IMG/VR virus record: IMGVR_UViG_2579778784_000007
Coordinates: 1 to 43,367 of that record
DNA length: 43,367 bases
From: a virus
Lineage: Duplodnaviria > Heunggongvirae > Uroviricota > Caudoviricetes
Reading direction: 5' to 3' (one strand)
Of this stretch, positions 1-8,707 are shown piece by piece. Below the pieces are notes generated by a model. It was given only the letters and a program-made list of their open reading frames with translations, did no database searches and had not been told where the DNA came from. The position numbers and the translations under genes are program-made. Within the stretch, counting starts at the first letter, position 1. The number at the start of each line of letters is the position of its first letter.

Positions 1-1284
1 CTACTTCTTCGCCTCTGCAACCACTTTGCTACCCACGCCGCGGTTATTGTATTCCCACATGCGGTTGTAGTTAGTGTCATTCAGATTGCGCTGTACTTCG
101 TCGTTATCATCAACGCTGCCGGTGTTACCCGCAAACGGACGATTAGAGATCACCGCATCAGCCCACGGTTTGGCTGTGTTAAAACCTTCGTTGATGGCGC
201 TATCACGGATCACTACCTGACCGTTGGTATTGGCATCAACATCCAGCGAGCGGCCCAGTTGCGCCACGCCATCACCGGAAGCATTGAAACGGCTGTTTAC
301 GGCGAGGAAACCGTAGTAAATGTTGGACAGCGTAGCCGGTGCAAACACATACGCTTCTTGCTGGGTACGGGAGTTCACCACGCGGAATTCGGTGTTATCG
401 AACACCACTGCGCCGCGACCAGAAACGATATCCACATCCCCTTCAATATAGCTGTTGGTCACCAGCGTACGCGGCTGACGATTCGTTTCCAGACGGTTCT
501 GCACACCGCTGTTGGTGACAAAGAAGGTGTTCTGACGACCGAGAATGTTAACGTTGTTAATCTGTACCTGGTCACCATCAGTACGCAGTGCCACCGCCGG
601 ATGGTTACCCGCATCTACGCTATCGCCCAGCGTGTTTTCGATGGTCAGGTTTTGCAGTTGCAGTCCATTGTTTTGTGACCAGAAGACCGCAGAGCAGAGA
701 ACGCCGATACTGTCGCTGCGTTTACTCTGGCAGCTATCGTACATATACCACGCCGGTTTACCTGGCATATATTTGCCGCGCGGGTTGACGTCGTGACGCC
801 AGTCGGCAGGGCTCATGCCACCATCAAGGGAAAGCCCAATCTTCACATCAATCGGTTTTTCACCTGTACCGTATAGAGTAATTCCACCCGGAGCGGCAGG
901 GACATACACCGTTCCCTGATACTCACCAGGCATCACGGCAATATACTGGCGCTTGTTGGTACGCTTGATAATTGCCGCATCTACCGCCGCCTGAATCGTG
1001 GTATGCGTTACACCTTGAGTACCCGCCGGGCCGACAACAAAGTCAGGTTGCGCAGGCAGGGTAATCGGGGAAGGATTCCACGCTGCCGCACCTGGTGTCA
1101 GGGATGCAAAATAGTGTTGAGCATCGAAATTCTGCGCTTCTTTTGCCGACAGAATCGGGCGAGAAGAGGTACCAGGCGCGGTTTGATCAGAAGGACGTTG
1201 ATCGGGCGGTGTTGAGCTACAGGCGGTCAGCGTCACGCCAAAAGCCAATGTCAGCGCCAGACGGGAAACTGAAAATGTGTTCAC
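1..1284 (-). CDS. ybhC: YbhC, outer-membrane lipoprotein of the pectinesterase/acyl-CoA thioesterase family (host gene, complete)
   Basis: 427-aa ORF with N-terminal lipoprotein signal (LTACSS); recalled as E. coli YbhC, which flanks attB-lambda. Stop codon at 1..3. Confidence 0.88.
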   Translation of the reverse strand: MNTFSVSRLALTLAFGVTLTACSSTPPDQRPSDQTAPGTSSRPILSAKEAQNFDAQHYFASLTPGAAAWNPSPITLPAQPDFVVGPAGTQGVTHTTIQAAVDAAIIKRTNKRQYIAVMPGEYQGTVYVPAAPGGITLYGTGEKPIDVKIGLSLDGGMSPADWRHDVNPRGKYMPGKPAWYMYDSCQSKRSDSIGVLCSAVFWSQNNGLQLQNLTIENTLGDSVDAGNHPAVALRTDGDQVQINNVNILGRQNTFFVTNSGVQNRLETNRQPRTLVTNSYIEGDVDIVSGRGAVVFDNTEFRVVNSRTQQEAYVFAPATLSNIYYGFLAVNSRFNASGDGVAQLGRSLDVDANTNGQVVIRDSAINEGFNTAKPWADAVISNRPFAGNTGSVDDNDEVQRNLNDTNYNRMWEYNNRGVGSKVVAEAKK

Positions 1285-1330
1285 AGGTTGCTCCGGGCTA
1301 TGAAATAGAAAAATGAATCCGTTGAAGCCT

Positions 1331-1345
1331 GCTTTTTTATACTAA
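1331..1345. other. attL: attL core (O) of lambda-type site-specific recombination
   Basis: GCTTTTTTATACTAA preceded by bacterial arm (TGAAGCCTGC) and followed by the lambda P' arm (GTTGGCATTATAAAAAAGCATTGCTTATCAATTTGTTGCAACGAACAGGTCACTATCAGTCAAAATAAAATCATTATTTG) containing arm-type Int sites. Confidence 0.92.
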
Positions 1346-1418
1346 GTTGGCATTATAAAAAAGCATTGCTTATCAATTTGTTGCAACGAACAGGTCACTA
1401 TCAGTCAAAATAAAATCA

Positions 1419-2489
1419 TTATTTGATTTCAATTTTGTCCCACTCCCTGCCTCTGTCATCACGATACTGTGATGCCATGGTGTCCGACTTATGCCCGAGA
1501 AGATGTTGAGCAAACTTATCGCTTATCTGCTTCTCATAGAGTCTTGCAGACAAACTGCGCAACTCGTGAAAGGTAGGCGGATCCCCTTCGAAGGAAAGAC
1601 CTGATGCTTTTCGTGCGCGCATAAAATACCTTGATACTGTGCCGGATGAAAGCGGTTCACGACGAGTAGATGCAATTATGGTTTCTCCGCCAAGAATCTC
1701 TTTGCATTTATCAAGTGTTTCCTTCATTGATATCCCGAGAGCATCAACATGCAATGTTGTAGGGATGGCAATTTTTACGCCCGTTTTGCTTTGCTCGACA
1801 TAAAGATATCCATCTACGATATCAGACCACTTCATTTCGCATAAATCACCAACTCGCTGCCCGGTAACAACAGCCAGTTCCATTGCAAGTCTTAGCCAAC
1901 ATGGTGATGATTCTGCTGCTTGATAAATTTTCAGGTATTCGTCAGCCGTAAGCCTTGATCTCCTTACCTCTGATTTTGCTGCGCGAGTGGCAGCGACCGG
2001 GTTTGTTGTTATATGGCCTTCAGCTATTGCCTCTCGGAATGCATCGCTCAGTGTTGATCTGATTAACTTGGCTGATGCCGCCTTGCCCTCGTCTATGTAT
2101 CCATTGAGCATTGCCGCAATTTCTTTTGTGGTGATGTCTTCAAGTGGAGCATCAGGCAGACCCCTCCTTATTGCTTTAATTTTGCTCATGTAATTTATGA
2201 GTGTCTTCTGCTTGATTCCTCTGCTGGCGAGTATTTTTTCGTAGCGATCAAGCCATGAATGTAACGTAACAGAATTATCACTGTTGATTCTTGCTGTCAG
2301 AGGCTTGTGTTTGTGTCCTGAGAATAACTCAATGTTTGCCTGTATTGCTTCAGTAATTGCTATCCTCCTGTCTCTGCCTAATCCGAACTCTTTACCCGTC
2401 CTTGGGTCCCTGTAGCAGTAATATCCATTGTTTCTTATATAAAGGTTAGGGGGTAAATCCCGGCGCTCATGACTTCGCCTTCTTCCCAT
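1419..2489 (-). CDS. int: Integrase (tyrosine recombinase), lambda Int
   Basis: 356-aa translation MGRRRSHERRDLPPNLYIRNNGYYCYRDPRTGKEF... matches my recollection of lambda Int essentially along its whole length; adjacent to attL P' arm. Confidence 0.97.
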   Translation of the reverse strand: MGRRRSHERRDLPPNLYIRNNGYYCYRDPRTGKEFGLGRDRRIAITEAIQANIELFSGHKHKPLTARINSDNSVTLHSWLDRYEKILASRGIKQKTLINYMSKIKAIRRGLPDAPLEDITTKEIAAMLNGYIDEGKAASAKLIRSTLSDAFREAIAEGHITTNPVAATRAAKSEVRRSRLTADEYLKIYQAAESSPCWLRLAMELAVVTGQRVGDLCEMKWSDIVDGYLYVEQSKTGVKIAIPTTLHVDALGISMKETLDKCKEILGGETIIASTRREPLSSGTVSRYFMRARKASGLSFEGDPPTFHELRSLSARLYEKQISDKFAQHLLGHKSDTMASQYRDDRGREWDKIEIK

Positions 2490-2685
2490 TTCTGATCCTC
2501 TTCAAAAGGCTACCTGTTATTGGTCGATTTAAGTCAACCTTTACCGCTGATTCGTGGAACAGATACTCTCTTCCATCCTTAACCGGAGGAGGGAATATCC
2601 TGCATTCGCGTACCCATCGACGAACTGTTTCAAGGCTTCTTGGGCGTCGCTGGCGTGCGTTCCACTCCTGAAGTGTCAAGTACAT
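2467..2685 (-). CDS. xis: Excisionase, lambda Xis
   Basis: 72-aa MYLTLQEWNARQRRPRSLETVRRWVRECRIFPPPVKDGREYLFHESAVKVDLNRP...; overlaps int start as in lambda. Confidence 0.95.
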   Translation of the reverse strand: MYLTLQEWNARQRRPRSLETVRRWVRECRIFPPPVKDGREYLFHESAVKVDLNRPITGSLLKRIRNGKKAKS

Positions 2686-2710
2686 CGCAAAGTCTCCGCA
2701 ATTACACGCA

Positions 2711-2734
2711 AGAAAAAACCGCCATCAGGCGGCT
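2711..2734 (-). terminator. Intrinsic terminator between the small ORF and xis (lambda tL3-like position)
   Basis: On minus strand: GCCGCC-tgat-GGCGG stem-loop followed by TTTTTTCTT, directly after the stop of the 55-aa ORF. Confidence 0.5.
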
Positions 2735-2892
2735 TGGTGTTCTTTCAGTTCTTCAATTCGAATATTGGTTACGTCTGCATGCGCTATCTGCGCCCATATC
2801 ATCCAGTGGTCATAGCAGTCATTGATGTTCTCTGCTTCGATAACTCTGTTGAATGGTTCTCCATTCCATGCACCTGTGACTCGGAAGTGCAT
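2725..2892 (-). CDS. Small hypothetical protein (55 aa), lambda orf55-like position
   Basis: Not in the supplied ORF track (<60 aa). ATG at 2892 preceded by GGAG; translation MHFRVTGAWNGEPFNRVIEAENINDCYDHWMIWAQIAHADVTNIRIEELKEHQAA; followed by terminator. Confidence 0.45.
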   Translation of the reverse strand: MHFRVTGAWNGEPFNRVIEAENINDCYDHWMIWAQIAHADVTNIRIEELKEHQAA

Positions 2893-3010
2893 TTATCATC
2901 TCCATAAAACAAAACCCGCCGTAGCGAGTTCAGATAAAAGAAATCCCCGCGAATGCGAGGATTGTTATTCATTGCTGATATTCACCCTTATCGCGAACAC
3001 CTTTACCGGT

Positions 3011-3253
3011 TTATCTCCTTTGCATGGCACGTAATTTTTTCAGATGGTTCTCCTGCTCTGTTTCAGCCAGGATCTGGTGATATTCTCTGTGATCAATGTG
3101 TTCGAATAAATTATTGAATTTTCTGATGCACACTCTTCCAGGATAGCCATCCATCCTCTTGAAGAACACTGAGTGATCAGTACTACGAATGATTTTTACT
3201 GGATAGCCAGCGCTATCGGTGTATATCTGACCACGTTGAATCAGAGAGAACAT
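3011..3253 (-). CDS. Hypothetical early-left protein
   Basis: 80-aa ORF in the leftward early operon; no recognisable motif. Confidence 0.5.
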   Translation of the reverse strand: MFSLIQRGQIYTDSAGYPVKIIRSTDHSVFFKRMDGYPGRVCIRKFNNLFEHIDHREYHQILAETEQENHLKKLRAMQRR

Positions 3254-3314
3254 TCGTTTATCCCCAGATAAAAATATAGCAATACCAATTACATAAAATA
3301 CTTCAGGCCAAGCA

Positions 3315-4265
3315 TCATTTCACCTCCTGCGGCGGTTCCGGTAGCGGCATCCAGTGAGTTGCTTGCTCAATACCATTACCCTGCTTAATCGTTGCATCTC
3401 CGCGCCGAAAGGTGCTTCCGGTATAGCGTGCGGAGCATATTAGCGGTTCAACCAGAGAGCTATCGAAATTCACTGAAATAAGCACGTTCTGGCCCTTTTC
3501 AGGCATTCGCTCACTACAGCTTATCCAACCATCCGGAGTTACCGGAGAGTTGCCGGGTTCTTTAATGTGCAAGCGAGGCTCACCATCTTTTGGCTCAGGC
3601 CACTGGCGCTCCATGTTGATCTTCAATTTATCTTCCATAGCAGCGGTAATTTCAGCATCGCTGATGCCAGCACGGCGCTGTGCATCCCACAACAGAAACT
3701 GCATATCAGCCCACTCGCTAAGATCGTCTGGTTCGGCTGCGGCTTCCAGTGCCTCTTTTGAGAGATGTTTCAGCGGGCCAACTGGACCAACACAGCCAAA
3801 CGTCTTATCTGACCATTCAGCATGGCGCTGCCGGATTAAATTGCGCAATTGAAGCGATGATCCGTTCTCCTCTGACAACTCTTCATGATTACTTGCAGGT
3901 TCGACACCCTGAAGCATGGCGGCGCGGCAGGCATTCCAGCCTCTCACCTCTGCAATAGCGGCAACAGCATCGACCGCGTACATTTTAAGAGGGTTGGGCA
4001 TTGGTTTTTCTTCAGGTACTACTGGCATTGGAGGGGCGGCGTATACTTCAATAATCCCATTATCAATAGGCCATTCTCCATCCTTGAGGTAGTCACTTGT
4101 GCCGTCAACTTGCTGTTTTGCAATGTGGAATGCACCTATTGGTTTTGCTTCCAGTGATGCCAGTGCAATTTCATAAGCACGGCGCTCAATATTGTCTCGA
4201 ACGTCCAGGCTGCCTATGCGCTCTTTGATTTCTTTAATCAGTTCTTTGTCGGTGAAAGTTGTCAT
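3315..4265 (-). CDS. Hypothetical protein with C-terminal DUF551-like domain
   Basis: 316-aa ORF; C-terminal segment ...WISCSERMPEKGQNVLI...ATHWMPLPEPP resembles the DUF551 domain common in enterobacterial prophage early regions; GAGGA SD 7 nt upstream. Confidence 0.6.
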   Translation of the reverse strand: MTTFTDKELIKEIKERIGSLDVRDNIERRAYEIALASLEAKPIGAFHIAKQQVDGTSDYLKDGEWPIDNGIIEVYAAPPMPVVPEEKPMPNPLKMYAVDAVAAIAEVRGWNACRAAMLQGVEPASNHEELSEENGSSLQLRNLIRQRHAEWSDKTFGCVGPVGPLKHLSKEALEAAAEPDDLSEWADMQFLLWDAQRRAGISDAEITAAMEDKLKINMERQWPEPKDGEPRLHIKEPGNSPVTPDGWISCSERMPEKGQNVLISVNFDSSLVEPLICSARYTGSTFRRGDATIKQGNGIEQATHWMPLPEPPQEVK

Positions 4266-4268
4266 ATG

Positions 4269-4556
4269 TTAGTCCTCATCCACTTCAACGCCATCTTTCA
4301 GCGTGATGCCGTGCCAATCATCAGCCCAACTGGTTAGCCCTGGCGCATCAATGCTAGGCATATAGACGCTTGCAGTGTGGTAGCCCTTATCGTTATCAAT
4401 GCTGGCAACGTGCTCGCCGTTGTATGCGCTCAGCGTGTCCAGGACGCTATAAAACTTTCCTCCGGCTGCCCTGAAATCCTTTACAGCCTTCACAAGGCGA
4501 TTCCACGCTTTTTCCTGTTCTGGCGTCAGGTCGATTAATTCCTGCAAAGTTGCCAT
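4269..4556 (-). CDS. Hypothetical protein (start moved to internal ATG)
   Basis: ORF-track ORF 4269..4655 overlaps the upstream gene by ~100 bp; ATG at 4556 has GGAGAG SD and an ATGA overlap with the upstream stop, giving 95 aa beginning MATLQELIDL. Confidence 0.5.
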   Translation of the reverse strand: MATLQELIDLTPEQEKAWNRLVKAVKDFRAAGGKFYSVLDTLSAYNGEHVASIDNDKGYHTASVYMPSIDAPGLTSWADDWHGITLKDGVEVDED

Positions 4557-4557
4557 A

Positions 4558-5097
4558 TCACTCTCCTTTGATGCGAATGCCAGCTGCGCTTGCTGATTCT
4601 TCATATGCGCGTTTAGCAGCGTTAAGGATTGCTGCCAGTGGCGTATAGCCGCCATCCATTCGGATTGTGTTGTGGATGCCAGCCATTGTGTCGCGCAATT
4701 TGCTGTGGCTAGCAGACAGTTCTGCTATGCACTTCTCTGCGGCTTCCAGCTCAACACGCAGTTTCCCTACCGTTAGCGCAATATCCTCGTTCTCCTGATC
4801 GCGGCGTTTTATGTATTGCTGGTTTCTTTCCCGTTCATCCAGCAGCGCCAGCACAGTAGCTGGACTGGCTGCGGCGATGAATTCAGCATTGGCCTGCTGT
4901 TCCATTTGGAAATCTTCATCGAAACCGCTTTCTGGATGCGCTCCTTCAATTCTGCAAATTGGAATATATCCAGCAGCCTCGCGATGAATTAGTGCATCAT
5001 CACCATCAAATCGGCCCTCTCCATATTCGAGCGACCACACACCACACGTTGCTTTCTCTGCCTTTTCACGCAGTACCTGATAGTCAATCTTGCTCAC
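4558..5097 (-). CDS. Hypothetical early-left protein
   Basis: 179-aa ORF, translationally coupled to neighbours; no confident family assignment. Confidence 0.55.
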   Translation of the reverse strand: MSKIDYQVLREKAEKATCGVWSLEYGEGRFDGDDALIHREAAGYIPICRIEGAHPESGFDEDFQMEQQANAEFIAAASPATVLALLDERERNQQYIKRRDQENEDIALTVGKLRVELEAAEKCIAELSASHSKLRDTMAGIHNTIRMDGGYTPLAAILNAAKRAYEESASAAGIRIKGE

Positions 5098-5492
5098 TGG
5101 CTGCCTCCTTTGCGAAGCTGGGCGGCTAACTCGTCACATATGTGCGTCAAAGAGCAAAGTTTGATTGATGGGTGTTCGCGCATCATCTCAACCCCCTGCG
5201 CCCGTACTTCAGCCAGGAAAGCGTCGGTGGCCGGGGTTTTGCAGGACATTTGAATTGCCTTCTCTGTGTATAAAACACCCGTTCGATTGGCGGTATACAT
5301 GATGGTGTTTACAGCATCTTGATGTGCTGATTTCACAGCCTCAACTTCAGCAGCCAGCGCCGCGCACTTGGCCTCCGCTTCAGCAAATTTACGCACCAGA
5401 TATTCAGCGTTTGTTTCGTTAACCTTTAAATCTCGTGGGATGCATTTGCCTTTCAGAAAACCATCCATCTCAATTAGTGTCATTTGTTTCAT
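5094..5492 (-). CDS. Hypothetical early-left protein
   Basis: 132-aa ORF; start overlaps upstream small ORF stop (ATGA). Confidence 0.55.
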   Translation of the reverse strand: MKQMTLIEMDGFLKGKCIPRDLKVNETNAEYLVRKFAEAEAKCAALAAEVEAVKSAHQDAVNTIMYTANRTGVLYTEKAIQMSCKTPATDAFLAEVRAQGVEMMREHPSIKLCSLTHICDELAAQLRKGGSQ

Positions 5493-5654
5493 TTCTTACC
5501 ACTCCGCCACATCGCATTCAGATATTTGTTTTGATTCACTGATGGAAAAGAATTTCTCTTAAGCAATTCCTCTCTCGATGGCATTGGCTTTACGCGTTGG
5601 CGAATAATCATTTCTGCCGGAAGAATGCCGGGATTGTATGCAAGTCCTCTCATG
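5489..5654 (-). CDS. Small hypothetical protein (54 aa)
   Basis: Not in ORF track. ATG at 5654 with AAAGAGGAA SD; [54 protein letters not shown]; stop overlaps next start. Confidence 0.35.
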
Positions 5655-5669
5655 GTAAATTCCTCTTTG

Positions 5670-5984
5670 TTAATTTATTCGTATGCCTGCTCTTTCTTCA
5701 TCGAGTTTTTTTAGCTTGTATCGCATAGCTCTTACTGAATAAATTGAGCGGCAGGTTGCAATTGCTATTTCTTCTGCGGAGAACTTACCGAAAAGTGATA
5801 CTTCGGCTCTTGTCCAGCGTCTTCCACGAAGTCGGCTAACAATGTCAGCTCCAATCCTTGTTGCTTTCGCCATTACTGCTTTTTCAGTCCTTTCCAGTTT
5901 TTCAGCGATAACTTCAACTGGCATTGTCGCCGCCACTTCGCGCAAGAAATCGACTTCCCATTTCTCCCATGGAGTCTTTTTCAT
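5670..5984 (-). CDS. Hypothetical protein, possible DNA-binding
   Basis: 104-aa ORF with two internally similar W-containing helical segments; function unknown. Confidence 0.5.
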   Translation of the reverse strand: MKKTPWEKWEVDFLREVAATMPVEVIAEKLERTEKAVMAKATRIGADIVSRLRGRRWTRAEVSLFGKFSAEEIAIATCRSIYSVRAMRYKLKKLDEERAGIRIN

Positions 5985-5995
5985 AGGCGATACCG

Positions 5996-6478
5996 TTATT
6001 TGATAAGAAGTGAAGGTTTCCCAACTTTGAGTTGAGCGCCGGGGATATTTATTCCTGCTTTTAGTTGGTGTTTGATTGCCAGTTTGTCGGCTTTAATTGT
6101 CGTTTCAAACTCAACGTATTCAGGAGGAAGGGCGCTTGAGTCGATTATTTCTACAATTTCTGACGGTTTGCGGATTGTTACCTGGTGAATACCTGCTCGG
6201 ATATTTTTCTTGCCAACCATTTCAAGCGATGACGCTATATATGATTTGATGCTGTCAATCTTATTTTGAATTACTGCGGCTCGCTCATTCAGTGACTTTG
6301 CCTCTTCCTTGAGGCGTTCGGCATAACCAGATTCATTTTTAATGACGGAAAGTAGTTGCTCTATTTTATCGGTAAATTCTCCTTCCATACCTTCTATTGT
6401 GTCAGCAATCATCTCTGGTTCTAAATCTGAATCCATCAATTTTGCGTATTCATTGGCTATTTCATACAGTTTGCTCAC
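5996..6478 (-). CDS. Gp157-family protein (recombination-associated; putative host nuclease inhibitor)
   Basis: Acidic helical protein immediately downstream of recT, as is typical for Gp157-family genes. ORF-track start (6484) is TTG abutting the SD; GTG at 6478 lies 6 nt after GGAGG. Confidence 0.55.
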   Translation of the reverse strand: MSKLYEIANEYAKLMDSDLEPEMIADTIEGMEGEFTDKIEQLLSVIKNESGYAERLKEEAKSLNERAAVIQNKIDSIKSYIASSLEMVGKKNIRAGIHQVTIRKPSEIVEIIDSSALPPEYVEFETTIKADKLAIKHQLKAGINIPGAQLKVGKPSLLIK

Positions 6479-7373
6479 TGGCAACCTCCAGTTTCGCTTT
6501 GCATTCTATGTAAATGGCTTGTACGTTCTGCTGCAATTTCATTCCAGATGTCAGGCGATATGCTTCTGCAAAATATCGCTTCAAATCATCCATGTTTTCT
6601 GCCTGAGCCATTTCATCACAAAGAAGTTGTGCTTTATCCATTATTTCCTGCTGGCGTTTCCGTTCATCTTCGCGGATATCTTCCTCTGATTTGTGCGGCA
6701 TAACTGGTTCAGTCCACACACCTTCTTCTTCGTTTAGTACGTGAATAGCACTATCAAGACGTGATGCCTTAGGCCAATACTTGCTTGCACGCTTTACGAC
6801 CGTCTTTCGCGCCATCTCATTCCAGTGATTTACCCATGGTCCTTTATCGCTGAATGCTGCCTTGCTTGTTTTCCTTACAGCCTCAATTTCAGCCAGACTC
6901 ATCTCTTCCGTTAGATAATCACCTGCTGGCGTCTTAACTGTGCAGTAAACGCCAACAATATCACCACGATCACCGAAGGCGTTGTATTTATGGGTTGGTG
7001 CTTTATCAAGCCCGTTTGACTCATAGGTATCGTTAGCATGAACAAGTTTTGCCTGACCCCATGAGATAACACCAGACTCCATTGCAATATGGAGCAATCC
7101 CATATAACTGATATCAAGGCAAACCATGCCGTCGCGCGGAACCAGATAAGCCAGTTTGCTGGCCGGGTTTAAGGTGATGCCGATCGCCGCAACATTGATG
7201 ATGGCGTTCTGTGCACTGGTTGGATTTGCCAGTGCTGTTTTAGCCAGGTAATCATTTTTCTGGAAATACTGAATTGCAAACTGGCTTTCCTTAGCCCATG
7301 TCACCGTCTGTTCAGTCAATGCTCCGCAGAATAACTGCTCCTGCTGTTTAACGAATTCAACGATATTGCTCAT
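6462..7373 (-). CDS. recT: RecT-family single-strand annealing recombinase
   Basis: 303 aa; segment GPWVNHWNEMARKTVVKRASKYWP parallels the conserved RecT motif (GPWVTHWEEMAKKTAIRRLFKYLP in E. coli RecT); occupies the position of lambda bet. Confidence 0.8.
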   Translation of the reverse strand: MSNIVEFVKQQEQLFCGALTEQTVTWAKESQFAIQYFQKNDYLAKTALANPTSAQNAIINVAAIGITLNPASKLAYLVPRDGMVCLDISYMGLLHIAMESGVISWGQAKLVHANDTYESNGLDKAPTHKYNAFGDRGDIVGVYCTVKTPAGDYLTEEMSLAEIEAVRKTSKAAFSDKGPWVNHWNEMARKTVVKRASKYWPKASRLDSAIHVLNEEEGVWTEPVMPHKSEEDIREDERKRQQEIMDKAQLLCDEMAQAENMDDLKRYFAEAYRLTSGMKLQQNVQAIYIECKAKLEVASEQTV

Positions 7374-7681
7374 GCTGCTTCTCCATAAATGTGTCTGCGT
7401 TTGAATATTGCGAAGGCATATTCAGCCTTAACTCTTTCGGTTATTGCATCCCAGAACCATTCAGCGGCTTTTTCCTGATAGTTACAGTCATCATCTTCCA
7501 GCCAGTCGATAGCGTCCTTAGTGTGTTCATCTGGTTTATATGAGCGAAGCATTTCGCTTATTGGGTCGCAACGTTTGCAGAGGCGATCAACTTCACTGTT
7601 AATTCGTTCGTAATCTTCATCAGTAAAACTTGCGATTATTTGCGATATTTCACGCTTATCATTCAGAGTCAGAATCATCAT
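7370..7681 (-). CDS. Hypothetical early-left protein
   Basis: 103-aa ORF, AGGAG SD, ATGA coupling to recT. Confidence 0.5.
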   Translation of the reverse strand: MMILTLNDKREISQIIASFTDEDYERINSEVDRLCKRCDPISEMLRSYKPDEHTKDAIDWLEDDDCNYQEKAAEWFWDAITERVKAEYAFAIFKRRHIYGEAA

Positions 7682-7763
7682 CTTTCTCCTGTTCTTTGTG
7701 CTGATTGAGCATTTTGTTCATCTGACGAATGAATTCTTCGTCTGACCAGTTATCTGTAAAACT

Positions 7764-7916
7764 CATTTCCTGCGATACAACGGAAGGTTGATAGCTGATT
7801 TCATCGCTTTATTTGCTTCAAGCCACATTTTTGAATCACCAATAAATCTGGCTATTACTGCTTTGTTTTGTGCAGCACGAAGCATCTGGTGATTAATGGC
7901 TATTTCATTGCGCATA
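7764..7916 (-). CDS. Small protein in the kil position (Kil-like candidate, 50 aa)
   Basis: Not in ORF track. GGAGG SD then ATG at 7916; MRNEIAINHQMLRAAQNKAVIARFIGDSKMWLEANKAMKSAINLPLYRRK; overlaps the 3' end of the cIII-like ORF as kil overlaps cIII in lambda. Sequence assignment tentative. Confidence 0.3.
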
Positions 7917-8034
7917 ACGCCTCCAGTTGTTTCTTTGCTGCTCTGATTAATTGTTTAACTCGGCGTGATAATTCAGATTCGTGCGGGTAGAAAGCGGACA
8001 TGACGCCGCTACCCGCGAACTGAAAGTGCATCAT
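7900..8034 (-). CDS. cIII: cIII-like protein (FtsH inhibitor candidate, 44 aa)
   Basis: AAGGAG SD 5 nt before ATG at 8034; MMHFQFAGSGVMSAFYPHESELSRRVKQLIRAAKKQLEALCAMK contains an amphipathic-helix motif resembling lambda CIII (ESLLERITRKLRDGWKRLIDIL); position downstream of N matches. Confidence 0.45.
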   Translation of the reverse strand: MMHFQFAGSGVMSAFYPHESELSRRVKQLIRAAKKQLEALCAMK

Positions 8035-8100
8035 GGGTAACTCCTTCTGTTTGATTGCATAACGAAAATGCCTCGAGTGAAGCGTTATTGGTATGCATAT

Positions 8101-8124
8101 AAAAAGGCCCTCACACTGGAGGGC
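8101..8124 (-). terminator. Intrinsic terminator in the pL operon (tL1-like, N-suppressible by analogy)
   Basis: Minus strand GCCCTC-cagtgt-GAGGGC followed by CTTTTTAT; lies between the 156-aa gene and cIII-like ORF. A second 9-bp inverted repeat (GTGTATTCA...TGAATACAC) is at ~8190..8220. Confidence 0.45.
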
Positions 8125-8228
8125 AAAGAAGACTTCCAATAATCAGAACAAGTCGGCTCCTGTTTAGTTACGAGCGACATTGCTCCGTGTATTCACTCGT
8201 TGGAATGAATACACAGTGCTTACTCGTA

Positions 8229-8699
8229 CTAATAAAATACCCAATTTTCTGTTTCTTGGTTGTGCCCAAAGTTATATTCAATATCTGGTGTTGATGTATC
8301 AATATTCTTCATCCCATCAACAAGAGTTGATACAACAGCCAAATCTTGTTTGATTCTCATTAAATGGTATTTCTTCCGGCGCAATAAACTTTCAATGGCA
8401 AGTTTCTTCGTTGGGAATGCAAAAGATCTTTCTGCATTTTTTGCCACTTTCTTAATTGCATATCTATTTCTCTTTTGTTTCCATTCCTGTAACCACTGAT
8501 TTGGTGCTGGTTTAAAATTAACAATCCAATGCGCAGGAACCAACCATGCATAATGCTCTGTCTGATGAAAAGCTATATATTGAAGTGCGAATATTTTGAT
8601 CCCATCTTCTTCAACTGTCGCCTGGAATCTCCAGAAAACAGGCATTCCATCATGTTCAGTTTCTGATTCAGGAAAAGGTACGCTCCATGATTTTGTCAT
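8229..8699 (-). CDS. Hypothetical protein (156 aa), AT-rich accessory gene coupled to N
   Basis: ORF starts 8 nt after the N stop with GAGGTG SD; visibly AT-rich compared with neighbours; no recognisable domain; occupies the ral/sieB region of the lambda map. Confidence 0.6.
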   Translation of the reverse strand: MTKSWSVPFPESETEHDGMPVFWRFQATVEEDGIKIFALQYIAFHQTEHYAWLVPAHWIVNFKPAPNQWLQEWKQKRNRYAIKKVAKNAERSFAFPTKKLAIESLLRRKKYHLMRIKQDLAVVSTLVDGMKNIDTSTPDIEYNFGHNQETENWVFY

Positions 8700-8707
8700 A
8701 TCTCACC

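Noticed and set aside
2554-2907. 117-aa plus-strand ORF, with similar plus-strand ORFs at 3550..3852, 3885..4157 and 6342..6689
   Set aside because: All lie antisense to the coherent leftward early operon (xis, small ORF, DUF551 gene, Gp157/RecT), lack SD sequences and overlap better-supported minus-strand genes.
7900-8139. Full-length 79-aa ORF from the ORF track
   Set aside because: The first 35 codons have no SD and run across terminator hairpins; only the 3' portion from ATG 8034 with an AAGGAG SD is retained as the cIII-like gene.
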